DNA of 64,000 bases. It comes from Malacoraja senta (taxonomy: Eukaryota). The DNA lies in assembly GCA_038087875.1 (NCBI GenBank), contig CM075989.1, positions 17,114,001-17,178,000 of the forward strand. Reading direction: 5' to 3'. Under the pieces are notes generated by a model, which had not been told where the DNA came from, did no database searches, and saw nothing but the letters and a program-made list of their open reading frames with translations. Positions 47,301 to 57,165 of the stretch are shown one piece after another (within the stretch, counting starts at the first letter, position 1; each line of letters begins with the position of its first letter). The position numbers and the translations under genes were made by a program.

Positions 47301-48097
47301 ATCTTTTAAAATTTGAGAGTTAAATCTCCAGAATGAATTATTCTTAGACAATCCTTCCAGTTTTAAAAAGAAAGTTAGTGGAGAATGGTCTGAAATTGAA
47401 TTTGTATGGTATATTGCATTAGATGTTTGGGGGATTAATTTTGTATCCAGCAGAAAGTAGTCTATACGTGAGTATGTCTTATGTACCATTGAGTAAAACG
47501 AATATTCCCTGCCAGTTGGATTCACAATTCTCCAAACATCTGCTATATTAGTGTTATTTATGTAGGTATTGAGGAGTTCCCCAGTTTTCGATTTCATATT
47601 CCCTCTCTGTTTTTGACTTGATTTATCTAAGTACGGATCTAAAACACAGTTAAAGTCTCCGCCTATTATAACATTTTGATAGTTTGACTCTGCAATTATA
47701 TTGAAGATTTTATTGAAAAAGTGGGGGTTATCAAAGTTAGGGGCATATATATTTACCAAAGTAAGTGGAGTGTCATGGATTTCTCCATTAACTATTAGGT
47801 ATCTCCTATATCTGTTATAATATTCTTTGCTTTAAATGGTATACCTTTTCTTATGATAATTGACGTGCCTCTAGATTTTGAAGTGAATGAAGAGTGGTAT
47901 GTTTGACCTATCCATTTCGCCCTCAGCCTAACTTGGTCCTGAGGTTTTAGGTGTGTTTCTTGTAGGAAGGTAATGTCAGAATTATACATTTTTAGCTGAG
48001 CTAATATCTTACCCCTTTTGATAGGTTCGTTAATACCTCTTATATTCCAACTACAAAATGAGATTCCTCCTAGGTTCTTTTGTGTGGTGTCATGCAT
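44310..48097 (-). pseudogene. L1 ORF2 (APE endonuclease, reverse transcriptase, CCHC knuckle), disrupted
   Basis: SWNIRG, FLQETH, NIYAPN, GGDFN, SRIDYF, SDH, PGPDG, SLDAEKAFD, QGCSLSP, YADD, CDKC-x8-HSFVFC. Frameshift near 47805 and in-frame TAA at 45786-45788 within F[K]YLG. Confidence 0.95.
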
Positions 48098-48906
48098 TTT
48101 GAATAATTATAGTACCTTTGAATCTTGTGGTGCGTCCATGTCCCAGGTCTTTAGGTATTGGGGGAGTTTTTGAATTATTAACTTTTGCTGGTATGTCCAT
48201 ATTACTCTTATCACTAAACACAAAACACAAACAAGTGATTTTATGTGATAAAAAAAACCCTAAAAAAGTGAGGCTACAGTGTCTGATATAATCGGCACTG
48301 TAGCGAGTGACCCACCTGTAGGTGGGAAAAAACCTTGTTTTGACTTCCATTGCGTTGTTACTCAACTAGCTCCGCTCTCTTAGTTAATCATAACATATTA
48401 AAATATTAAAACGAGGCCTCACATTCAGATATATAATACAATTTTACCCTGATATTTCCTTATAACATATATATATATCAGAGTTTAATTATTAAACCAA
48501 TATTTTTGATTTCAATAAGAATCAACTGTTGGTTGAAGGGGTTAACGAGACGTGCTCCTGGACATAAGCCAGGAGCTCGTTTCTCATCCCCTCCTCCCGC
48601 TTATAGACAAGGTTACAATTTATTAAAAATTCATATTAGTATGTTAGTTCATTATTTTTTTGTTTTTTTTGTTAGTATTCTAATCTAACCTGCATAACTT
48701 TTAAAGTTGTTAATAGGATAAGTTCTTACAATTGGTTATAACATTTTAATCAATAAGCAATTATTTTCTGATTCATATTCCAGCTGTAAAGTTGTTTACA
48801 CGTTTTGAACAGAAAATGTCCTTGCTTCAACATTCCGGAGATAACAATGTAACTATCCCCAGACAAAACATAGCTGAGAATTATTCGGATCTGCCAAAGC
48901 TCCCTT

Positions 48907-49977
48907 TTATTTCTGTTTTTCAACAATCGTTTGGGCATATTTGAATGCGTCTTCAGGCTTAACAAATGACTTTTCAAGACCATTAAAGGAAATACGCATT
49001 TTCGCGGGATAAAAAAACCCAAATCTGACCCCTTCTCTCCCTCTTAAAAGATCTTTAACCTTATCAAATTTGTTTCTTTTTTGCACAATTTCATGTGGGT
49101 AGTCCCTGAATATCTTAATAGTATCCTTGTCCAGCCGCAATTGTACACCATATTTGATTTTACTCATAACATATTCCAGTTCTGCAGTATCTCGAAATTT
49201 CACTATAATATGTCGTGGATAAGCTTTTCCCGCATCAGATCTTTTTCCAAATCTTGGGACACGATGAGCCACTTCGATTTTCGGTTCCTTGGAAAGATTC
49301 AACAGTTGTTTCAACAAGCCCATGGCAAATTCACGTACCTGTTCCCCTTCTGCCCCCTCTGAAACACCAAGAATTCTCAAATTCTGGCGTCTAGAGCGAG
49401 CTTCCAGGTCCAGGCATTTGACTGAGACTTTCTCTAATTGAGTCCCCATTTGTAGTGATGCTTGTTCGTTTTCTCGCCTCATTTGCTCATGTTCTTGCCT
49501 CAATTTCGCCATGTCTTCAACCAGTCGAGCCGTATTTTTCTCCAATTCCGTAATTGTGTGTATACTTGCAGCTACTGTTTCAAGTACAGCCGTGAACTTA
49601 TCCGTAGTAATTACATCCATCTTATCCATTTTCTCTGATAGTCCATCTTTCACCTCATCAATTCGTTTATTCATAATGTCCAGTAAATCCGTCATATTCT
49701 TCTGGTTACCAGCATTTAAATCCTTCATCATCTTCTCCATTCCTTCCATCATTTTTGCCGAATTTTCCTTCATTTCCTTCTTATCTTCCACCCTATTATC
49801 CGAGATCTCATCTTTCAAATTTTTCATTGATTTCTTCAAGTCATCAAAGTCTTTCTTAGATCTTGTATCCATTTCTGCAGCCACTTCAGAGACTTCAGAG
49901 GTAACTTCTGCTTCAAAATTTTTCGACAGCTTATTCACAGCTCTCTGAGGGCTCACAGCTGGACTCAATTTACTCAT
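48907..49977 (-). CDS. L1 ORF1p (coiled coil, RRM, CTD), 356 aa, intact
   Basis: Heptad-rich N-terminal half; LEARSRRQNLRILG, IEVAHRV, PRHIIVKF, IKIFRDY, YPAKMRI motifs. Confidence 0.92.
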   Translation of the reverse strand: MSKLSPAVSPQRAVNKLSKNFEAEVTSEVSEVAAEMDTRSKKDFDDLKKSMKNLKDEISDNRVEDKKEMKENSAKMMEGMEKMMKDLNAGNQKNMTDLLDIMNKRIDEVKDGLSEKMDKMDVITTDKFTAVLETVAASIHTITELEKNTARLVEDMAKLRQEHEQMRRENEQASLQMGTQLEKVSVKCLDLEARSRRQNLRILGVSEGAEGEQVREFAMGLLKQLLNLSKEPKIEVAHRVPRFGKRSDAGKAYPRHIIVKFRDTAELEYVMSKIKYGVQLRLDKDTIKIFRDYPHEIVQKRNKFDKVKDLLRGREGVRFGFFYPAKMRISFNGLEKSFVKPEDAFKYAQTIVEKQK

Positions 49978-50018
49978 TTAAAGGGCTTCAAACCACCGTT
50001 TAAAACATCGCGTTTAAC

Positions 50019-50030
50019 GATGACGTCATC
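50019..50030. promoter_or_regulatory. Palindromic CRE-type site in L1 5' UTR
   Basis: GATGACGTCATC, 12-bp palindrome containing TGACGTCA; function untested. Confidence 0.35.
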
Positions 50031-50154
50031 AGCGCGGTAACCAGAAGCTCCGGTAAGGTTTTTAAAAACAATCCCGATTTTCGGACCCGTTTTACACGAT
50101 AAATCGTGAAGTTTTTCGGGAGAGGAGCTGGGTGCACGTCTGTTAGTCTAACAG

Positions 50155-50430
50155 ACTGCTCACCACCGTGTGACGCTCCCCATTCCCCATCCCTGGCCAC
50201 TGTCATCGTTGTTAAACTCCCCATTCACTGTACCCACCCTATCCACCATTGTTACACTCCCCATTCCCCATCCCAGCACACGGTTCACCGTGGTTACACT
50301 CCCCATTCCCTACAGACTGCTCACCACTACGACTCACTCTTCATTCCCCAACCTCACACACTCAACAACATTGTTACATTCCCCATCCTTGCACACTGCT
50401 CACCACCGTGTCACATTCCCACACCTTACT
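50155..50430. repeat. Degenerate minisatellite, right segment, including the 99-bp duplication (50155-50253)
   Basis: Repeated ACTGCTCACCAC and ACTCCCCATTCCC units. Confidence 0.75.
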
Positions 50431-51046
50431 GCCAATTGCAAGATCTCCTCAATTATCGGGGTGAGGTGAAAGGGCCGCAATGGGGTCCAAGCCCCTGAGT
50501 TCCCCAGACTACTTGCGGCCTGATATCTTTAAGGTTACTGCAGCCTCTTTGTAATCAGCTCTTTGTAATCTAGGCAGCTCTGGTGGAATATGGGTCTTGT
50601 TCTCTTCTCATGGTTGGGAAACCCAATGATCAGGCTTTCCAGAATGCTTACATTTATACACGTTACTGCCACACATGATCGATCAACTACAGGGTTCGAA
50701 GGGTCCTGACCCGAAATGTAATCTATCCATGTTCTCCAGAGATGCTGCCTGAGCCGTTGAGTTACCCCAGCACTTTGTGTCCCTTTGTGTAAACCAGCAC
50801 CTGTAGCTCCTTGTTTCTATACCCGGTACAAACGCGTTCCCTGTTTTCTTTGTTGATTCTTTGGAAAGCATCTCAGTGGGCATGGAGAAGTTGGGCTGAA
50901 GGGCTCGTTTCCGCGCTGCATAACTCTATATGACAGCATGATTCTTTGTCGTATTTGTAGTGTTTCTGTGTGGATACTTTGTTCCTTACAATGTCTATGA
51001 GGTTCCAAATATTATCATCCATTTGTCATCTTGTGTCAGACTAACC

Positions 51047-51140
51047 ATCTGCAGAAGGGTCTCGACCCGAAACGTCACCCATTCCTTTTCTCCAGAGATG
51101 CTGCCGGTCCCGCTAAGTTACTTCAGCATTTTGTTTGTAT
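51047..51140 (+). mobile_element. Penelope-derived terminal repeat with hammerhead motif
   Basis: CTGCAGAAGGGTCTCGACCCGAAACGTCACC: perfect stem II, one core substitution. Confidence 0.7.
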
Positions 51141-51787
51141 CTAAATTGAGATGGCGCCAGCCCGATGGGTCAAACACCTGAATCAGTGCGAGTGGATGGA
51201 GTGAGAAACTGCTCTCTCTATTCAGATGGGAGGGAGCTGCACTCTGAACTCAGGCAAGAACCACCTCCCCAGGCTGACCTCCCCTGGCAGACTGTGAGGA
51301 TCTGAGCCTGTTCACACGGGGAGTGAGAGGGAAGCAAATTAACCAGCGCACAAGGTGTTAAATTAAAATATTTTTTTTAAAGCAACAAATGATTTTAACC
51401 AGCAGTGAATAATGAGCATCAGGTGTTGGAACAGAAGAGAATTGAATGTACTTCAAGCAATCCTTCAGAATGATCTGTTGTTTCTTTTATCGCTGAAACT
51501 TCCCAGTGAATAATTCATGCCTTCCTCTGTAATGCAGTTCCCACTCTAATTGCTTGGACATTTTTGGTTTTATTTCACATTGCAAACAAATCATTAGCGG
51601 AACTCTATTTTTTTTGTACAGCCCATTTTTTACTGCATCTCAGCACAGTTTCCAGTGCCTTGTTCCAGCGGGCAGCGGGCAAATGGCAGAAGGGGAAGTT
51701 TCTAGCTACTAGACTCCAGCTACCACCAGTTACTAAACTCCATGTACTTCCATCCAACATTGAAGGATACAACTTAGTCCATTGGAT

Positions 51788-52195
51788 TCATCATCATCGG
51801 CAGTCACTCTAAACAAATATAACTGTCCTCTTTTGGGAGGAGGCCTGTGCGTGACTTTGTTTAACGTGGGGAGACTGGTGCACAGACAGCCACCACACGG
51901 TCCTTGACAGATCTGGGTCGGGATCAAGTGGCATGGAGTCCAAGATGACCGGAGACCCTATTCTGCTGCAGCCTTCACCCGCCTTCCCAGCCGTTGTGAC
52001 GCTCCACTAAGGTCAGCCATCATCCTCCGCCTGTTCCACCGTTGAGGTCTTGGTTGGATTGCTCTTTGTCAGGGACCTCCCCCTTGACCGTACCGCCATG
52101 GGTGGCCCTACCAGGAGCACAGCTCCAGACGGCATCGCTCTCAGGATCTCAGGACCACACAAGCTTCTCCACCACGACAAGGTGACAATTCACGG
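51788..52195 (-). mobile_element. Bipartite RTE-derived non-autonomous element, second family
   Basis: Head CCTTGTCGTGGTGGAGAAGCTTGTGTG..GAGCGATGCC..CTCCTGGTAGGGCCACCCATG homologous to 28744-29032; (GAT)n tail; no clear TSD. Confidence 0.7.
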
Positions 52196-52259
52196 TGGCT
52201 TAGAGAAGGGTCTCATTTCGCCACAGATTTTTTCCTCTGTAACCACATCTCCCCTCATT

Positions 52260-52490
52260 CAAAAAATGACATAAAATTCTGGAGTAACTCAATGGGTCAG
52301 GCTGCATCTCTGGAGAACATGGATTGGTTACCTTTCGGGTTGGGACCCTTCTGCAGACCGAAATGTCAAAAGACGGCTTCTGATGTGAATCGTCACCCAT
52401 CCATGTTCTCCAGAGATGATGCCTGACCTGCTGAGTTACTCCAGCATTTTGTGTCTTTTTTGTAAACTGGCATCTGCAGTTCCTTTTGTC
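52260..52490. mobile_element. Penelope-derived fold-back repeat
   Basis: Inverted arms CTGGAGTAACTCA..CATCTCTGGAGAACATGGAT / ATCCATGTTCTCCAGAGATG..TGAGTTACTCCAG. Confidence 0.75.
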
Positions 52491-53264
52491 TCCCCTCATT
52501 CACGTGAACTTCCTCCCAGCCACTGAAGGACAATTTACAGTCGGCACTCAACCTACCAATCAGAATTTCCTTGGGACATTGGAGGAAACCAGTGCATCCA
52601 CTGAATCACAGAAAGAACATAAAAACATTATGCAGACAGCACTGGAGGCTCGACTTGACCCTGAGTCTCTGGTGCTGTGAGGCCGTGGCTCTGCTCTCTG
52701 GCCATTGTGCTGTTGTACAATAGATCCACTGAATTCAGTACAACTTAATATCAGTCATGTCATATATGACACAGCAAAAGAAATTTGGTTTAAGATGAGC
52801 TCCTGTGCTCTCATTAGATTTAGGTTCGTGAAGGATTCACTGCCCATTTCGTCAGCCGCAATTTACCCTGAAGAACGGCCCCGGCATGAAACGTCACCTA
52901 TCCATGTTCTCCAAGGATGCTGCCTGACCCGCTGAGTTACTCCAGCATTCTGTCCTTCCTCGGTAAACCAGCATCTGCAGTTCCTTGTTTCTACTGTTTC
53001 TGCAATATAAACCCAGAGCCTCTGGTCATAACGCCAGCCAGGCTTCAGTGGCTGCTGGGCCCAGTGGAAGTGGTGGGGAGAGTGGAACTTGTTTGCCGGT
53101 TCAGAGCTGAATCACTGTGGACTCTTTGTTGGACCAGGGATGCAAGTCAGGCAGAGGCTTTAAGGAACTCCTCTGAATCAACTGAGCCCATCCTGCTCTC
53201 CCGCCCTTGCACCCACAGTGTGCAGACCAGCCAAAAGCAGAAACCTAATGCCTGGCACTCAGGT

Positions 53265-53475
53265 TCAGGAGGAAGGATCTGCAGATGCTGGTTTAAACCG
53301 AAGATAGACACAAAATTCTGGGTTAACTCAGTGGGACAGGCAGCATCTCTGGGGAGAAGGAATGGGTGACGTTTTGAGTCTGAAGAAGGATCTCAACCGG
53401 AAACGTCACCCATTCCTTCTCTCCAGAGATGCTGCCTGTCCCACTGAGTTACTCCAGCTTTTTGTATCTATCTTC
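53265..53475. mobile_element. Penelope-derived fold-back repeat with hammerhead core in the loop and 11-bp TSD
   Basis: Arms 53298-53374 and 53401-53477; GGCACTCAGGT (53254-53264) vs GGCACTTAGGT (53476-53486). Confidence 0.85.
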
Positions 53476-53659
53476 GGCACTTAGGTACATCTTATGTGGG
53501 GCATCTGATCTTTACTTTTTTAATACAAACACTTCAATGTCATCACAATCAGGTTGATCTGAAGCATCCTCAGCCTCAGCTGCACACAACTTCAGAAATG
53601 TGTTTATAATTCATTTTTACCCCGACTCCTGTCTTGAATAACATGTCACATTACTTGGC

Positions 53660-53985
53660 TTAGTTTAATTTAAGTTAGTTTAGGTTAGAGATAGGGCGCG
53701 GAAACAGGCCCTCCGCCCCACCGGGTCCACGCCGACCAGCGATCCCCGTACACTAGTACCAGTACGCTCCTACACACTAGGGACAATTTCCAATTTTACC
53801 AATGCTAATAAACCTACAACCCTGTATGTCTTTGGTGTATGGGAGGAAACCGGAGCATCCGGAGAAAACCCACACAGTCATGGGGAGAACGTACAAACTC
53901 CGACAGCCAGCAACTGTTGTTAGGATTGAACCAGGGTCTCTGATGTCGTAAGGCAGCAACACTACCTCTGCGTCACCATGCCGGC
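53660..53985 (-). mobile_element. HE1/V-SINE-type SINE
   Basis: All modules recognisable. Confidence 0.8.
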
Positions 53986-55049
53986 TTAATGGCAGCACCA
54001 ATCGGCCTCCCAGGGCAGCAGTTCCAGGCCTTCTATTCCACAGCAATTTACTGACACTTCCCTCCCTTGTGGGATTGTTCTCTTTGCATGCATCAGCGCT
54101 CTGCAGCGAACTGCACCTTGCTGCACATTCTTACTAGTCACTGAGTAAAACCATTTGTTCTGAGTTTGTTTGGGATTTGTTTGGTTATACTTGAGAGTCC
54201 CAATACAGGCCTTGTCTACAAGTGAAAGTATCTTCTCTATATCCATCCAGTCAAACACTTCCATAATTCTTTTGGATTCTATCTAAGAGTTCTCATCCAT
54301 ACAGCCTCCTCCAACAGGTAGAAACCCTTCACTTTAGTATAATCTCAGAAAGTTACTTGTTTCTGCACATTCTCCAGTGCAATATGCAATAACAATATGC
54401 AATAACTGCAACAAGGCCACAGCTGTGGTCTCATCAAAATAGAAGATTAGTAAAACCTCTCTGCTTTTCAGTACCATTCTTTTAACGCTGGATCCAAGGC
54501 ACTTTATTTGTTTTGTTGTAGTCATATAGGGATTTGCGCATTTGTGGCCCAGCTTTCGTTATTTCTACAGTCCACTGAGATGCAATGCAAATGGAACATG
54601 CAGCCTTTTTAATCTTCCTTTCAAAGTCTACCTCCTCACTCTTATTAAAGGAAAAGACTCAGATTTACATGATACATTTCTTGACTTCGGGAGCCCTGGA
54701 GAGAATCATTATTGAAATAAAACTGTCAGATATTGAAAATAGGCATCAGGTCAGAGAACTGCCTCAGAGAGAGAAACAGACCTTTTAAAGGAAATGGAAA
54801 TGTTACAGATTGAGCAGGGTCTCACTTATTCAGACTCAAGAAACAGAGAAAAGAAAAGATGTCTGAGATGGCGGGATGGTGTTGAGGCAAAGTGGGTAGT
54901 GGAAGTACAAACTAGATGAATTAAGAGAGGGAAGCGTTGGAGATATAAATAACGACATTGAAGTTAGAGTGCCAACTGCATTGTGTAAAGGTCTTTACAG
55001 GATGTTCATTTGTTGCAGACCTCCTCTGTATACTCCATACACCTTTACA

Positions 55050-55372
55050 GGGCGGCATGGGTGTGCAGTGGTAGAGTTGCTGCCTTACAGCGCTTGCAGC
55101 GCCAGAGACCCGGGTTCGATCCTGACTAAGGTTGTTGTCCATACGGAGTTTGTACAGTTCTCACCGTGGCCAAGTTGGTTTTCTGGAAATCTTCTGTTTC
55201 CTCCCACACTCTAAAGACATATAGGTTTGTAGGTTAATTGGCTTGGTATAATTGTAAATTGTCCCTAGTGTGTGTAGGGTAGTGTTAATTTGTGGGAATC
55301 GCTGGTAGGCATGGACTCAATGGGCTGAAGGGCCTGTTTCGGCATTGTATCTCTAAACTGAACTAAACTAAA
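55050..55372 (+). mobile_element. HE1/V-SINE-type SINE, full length
   Basis: Head to (CTAAA)n tail. Confidence 0.85.
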
Positions 55373-55647
55373 CCTTGCTCCCATGTCTCCCTTCTCCATC
55401 AATTGACACTCATTTTGAGTACTTTTGAAACATTTGTTGGTTATTTCTAATTATATTTTTCATTGCTGAACAATTCCCTGCAGCAGATGTATCATGTTCC
55501 CAGTCACTAATATAACCCCAAACATTCGATGCCCCACTAAACTTAGTCCACTCCTGCTCTCCATGTGCTATTAGCTATTTGCCAATCTCTGGCACCTTTC
55601 GCTTTATAATGTACTTTCACACACAAGAACATACACAAGAACTCATA

Positions 55648-55958
55648 AGGGCGGCACAGTGGCGCAGCGGTAGAGTTGCTGCCTTACATCGCCAGGGACC
55701 CGGTTTCGATTCCGGCTACGGGTGCTGTCTGTACAGAGTTTATACATTCTCCCAGTGACCTTGTGGGTTTTCTCCGGGCGCTCAGCTTTCCGCCCACACT
55801 CCGAAGATGTACAGATTTGTAGGTTAATTTGGCTTCGGTAAAAATTGTAAATTGTCCTTTGTGTGTAGGCGAGTGCTAGCGTACGGGGATCGCTGGTCGG
55901 CACAGACTCGGTGGGACGAAGGGCCTGTTTCCAAGATGTATCTCTAAACTAAACTAAA
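55648..55958 (+). mobile_element. HE1/V-SINE-type SINE, full length
   Basis: GGGCGGCACAGTGGCGCAGCGGTAGAG head to (CTAAA)n tail. Confidence 0.85.
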
Positions 55959-56283
55959 ACCAACTTTGGCCATGGTATTGCATTGTTGCTGTAACTTCTT
56001 TTAGTAGATCTGGTAAATCAGGAGTAGAGGACTGAACCACAATATTATTAAATATTTTATCAATTATCTCACCGCCCTTTTCTATCTAAATTGTGCCTGA
56101 ATCATTTTGACCCGGCACATCCATTCTTTTAAACTCCCTGTCTAAACATGAAGGAGGAAGAACTCTTCAATACTCCTGACATTTTGCTGACATTACCAAA
56201 CGTTTAATGGGTGTAGATCTTCGTAGCCGCATCAAAGTTCTGATCTTGACATGTTATGCATCTGCCTTTAGAAAACATTTGAA

Positions 56284-56595
56284 GTTTAGTTTAGTTTAGA
56301 AACACAGTGCGGAAAGAAGTCCTTCGGCCCACCGAGTCCGCGCCGACCAGCGATCCCTGCACACTAACACTATCCTACACACACTCAGGTCAATTTACGA
56401 TTTTTGCCAAGCGAATTAGCCTACAAACCTGTACATCTTTGGAGCGTGGAAGGAAACCGGAGCACACTGAGAAAACCCACGCAGGTCACGGGGAGAACGT
56501 ATTAACTCCGTACAGACTACACCCTTCGTCATGACCGAATTTGGGTCTCTGGCGCTGTAAGGCAGCAACTGTACCACTGCTCCCCATGCCGCCCC
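56284..56595 (-). mobile_element. HE1/V-SINE-type SINE, full length
   Basis: Tail-to-tail with 55648-55958. Confidence 0.85.
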
Positions 56596-56864
56596 TTTAG
56601 ATGTTCTTTATATAGGTATTGATAAAGTAATTCCATACTTCCTGCACCTTCTAAGTTGTATTTTCAGCATTCGTTATGTATTCCTTTTGCCAAAATCCCT
56701 TTGTTGCTCTTGTTTTATGTGTGAATTTTTTGCGAGTTTCCTTCCTTATTCATGATGTGTCTTGCAGCTTGCAGATGTTGCTTGTGGGCTTTATCCGATG
56801 ATCAGAGCGGCATAGCTTTTCCAACAAGTATATAATTAACCTGCACAATAGCTGTAACTTTGGA

Positions 56865-57165
56865 GGGATACAGCACAGAAACAGGCCCATCAGCCCACCA
56901 TCAAAACCGACCATCCCCATATTCCAATCATCTCCCCACAGATTCTACTACTTACCCATATCATGAGGTAATTTACAGTGGCTAATTAACCCACCAATCC
57001 CCGACCAACCTCCCCCTCCCTGCCTCTCCCCATGTACTTGGGATATGGGCAGACACTGGAGCACCTGTGGAAAACCCACTTGGTCACAGGGAGAGCATGC
57101 AAACTCCACACAGACTGCACCAGAGGTCAAGATTGAACCCAGCGCTCTGGTGCCATGAGGTTGCA
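56865..57165 (-). mobile_element. Older HE1/V-SINE-type SINE
   Basis: Diverged body and tail. Confidence 0.6.

Larger units (their letters stand above)
43885..50154 (-). mobile_element. Near full-length L1-clade LINE (about 6.3 kb)
   Basis: Short CpG-rich 5' UTR, ORF1, about 810-bp spacer, ORF2 (EN-RT-CCHC), 3' UTR, AATAAA (43922-43927), poly-A tail; A-rich sense strand; flanking 99-bp duplication. Confidence 0.95.

Noticed and set aside
49511..49948. 145-aa + strand ORF (also 49081-49362, 44782-45003)
   Set aside because: Antisense shadows of L1 ORF1/ORF2 with no independent motifs
42980..50430. Repeat-spacer appearance suggestive of a CRISPR array
   Set aside because: Eukaryotic context, degenerate tandem units without unique spacers, no cas genes
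50106..50498. His/Pro/Thr-rich ORFs
   Set aside because: Translations of the minisatellite
55648..56595. Large inverted repeat
   Set aside because: Two independent SINE copies in opposite orientation, expected at this SINE density
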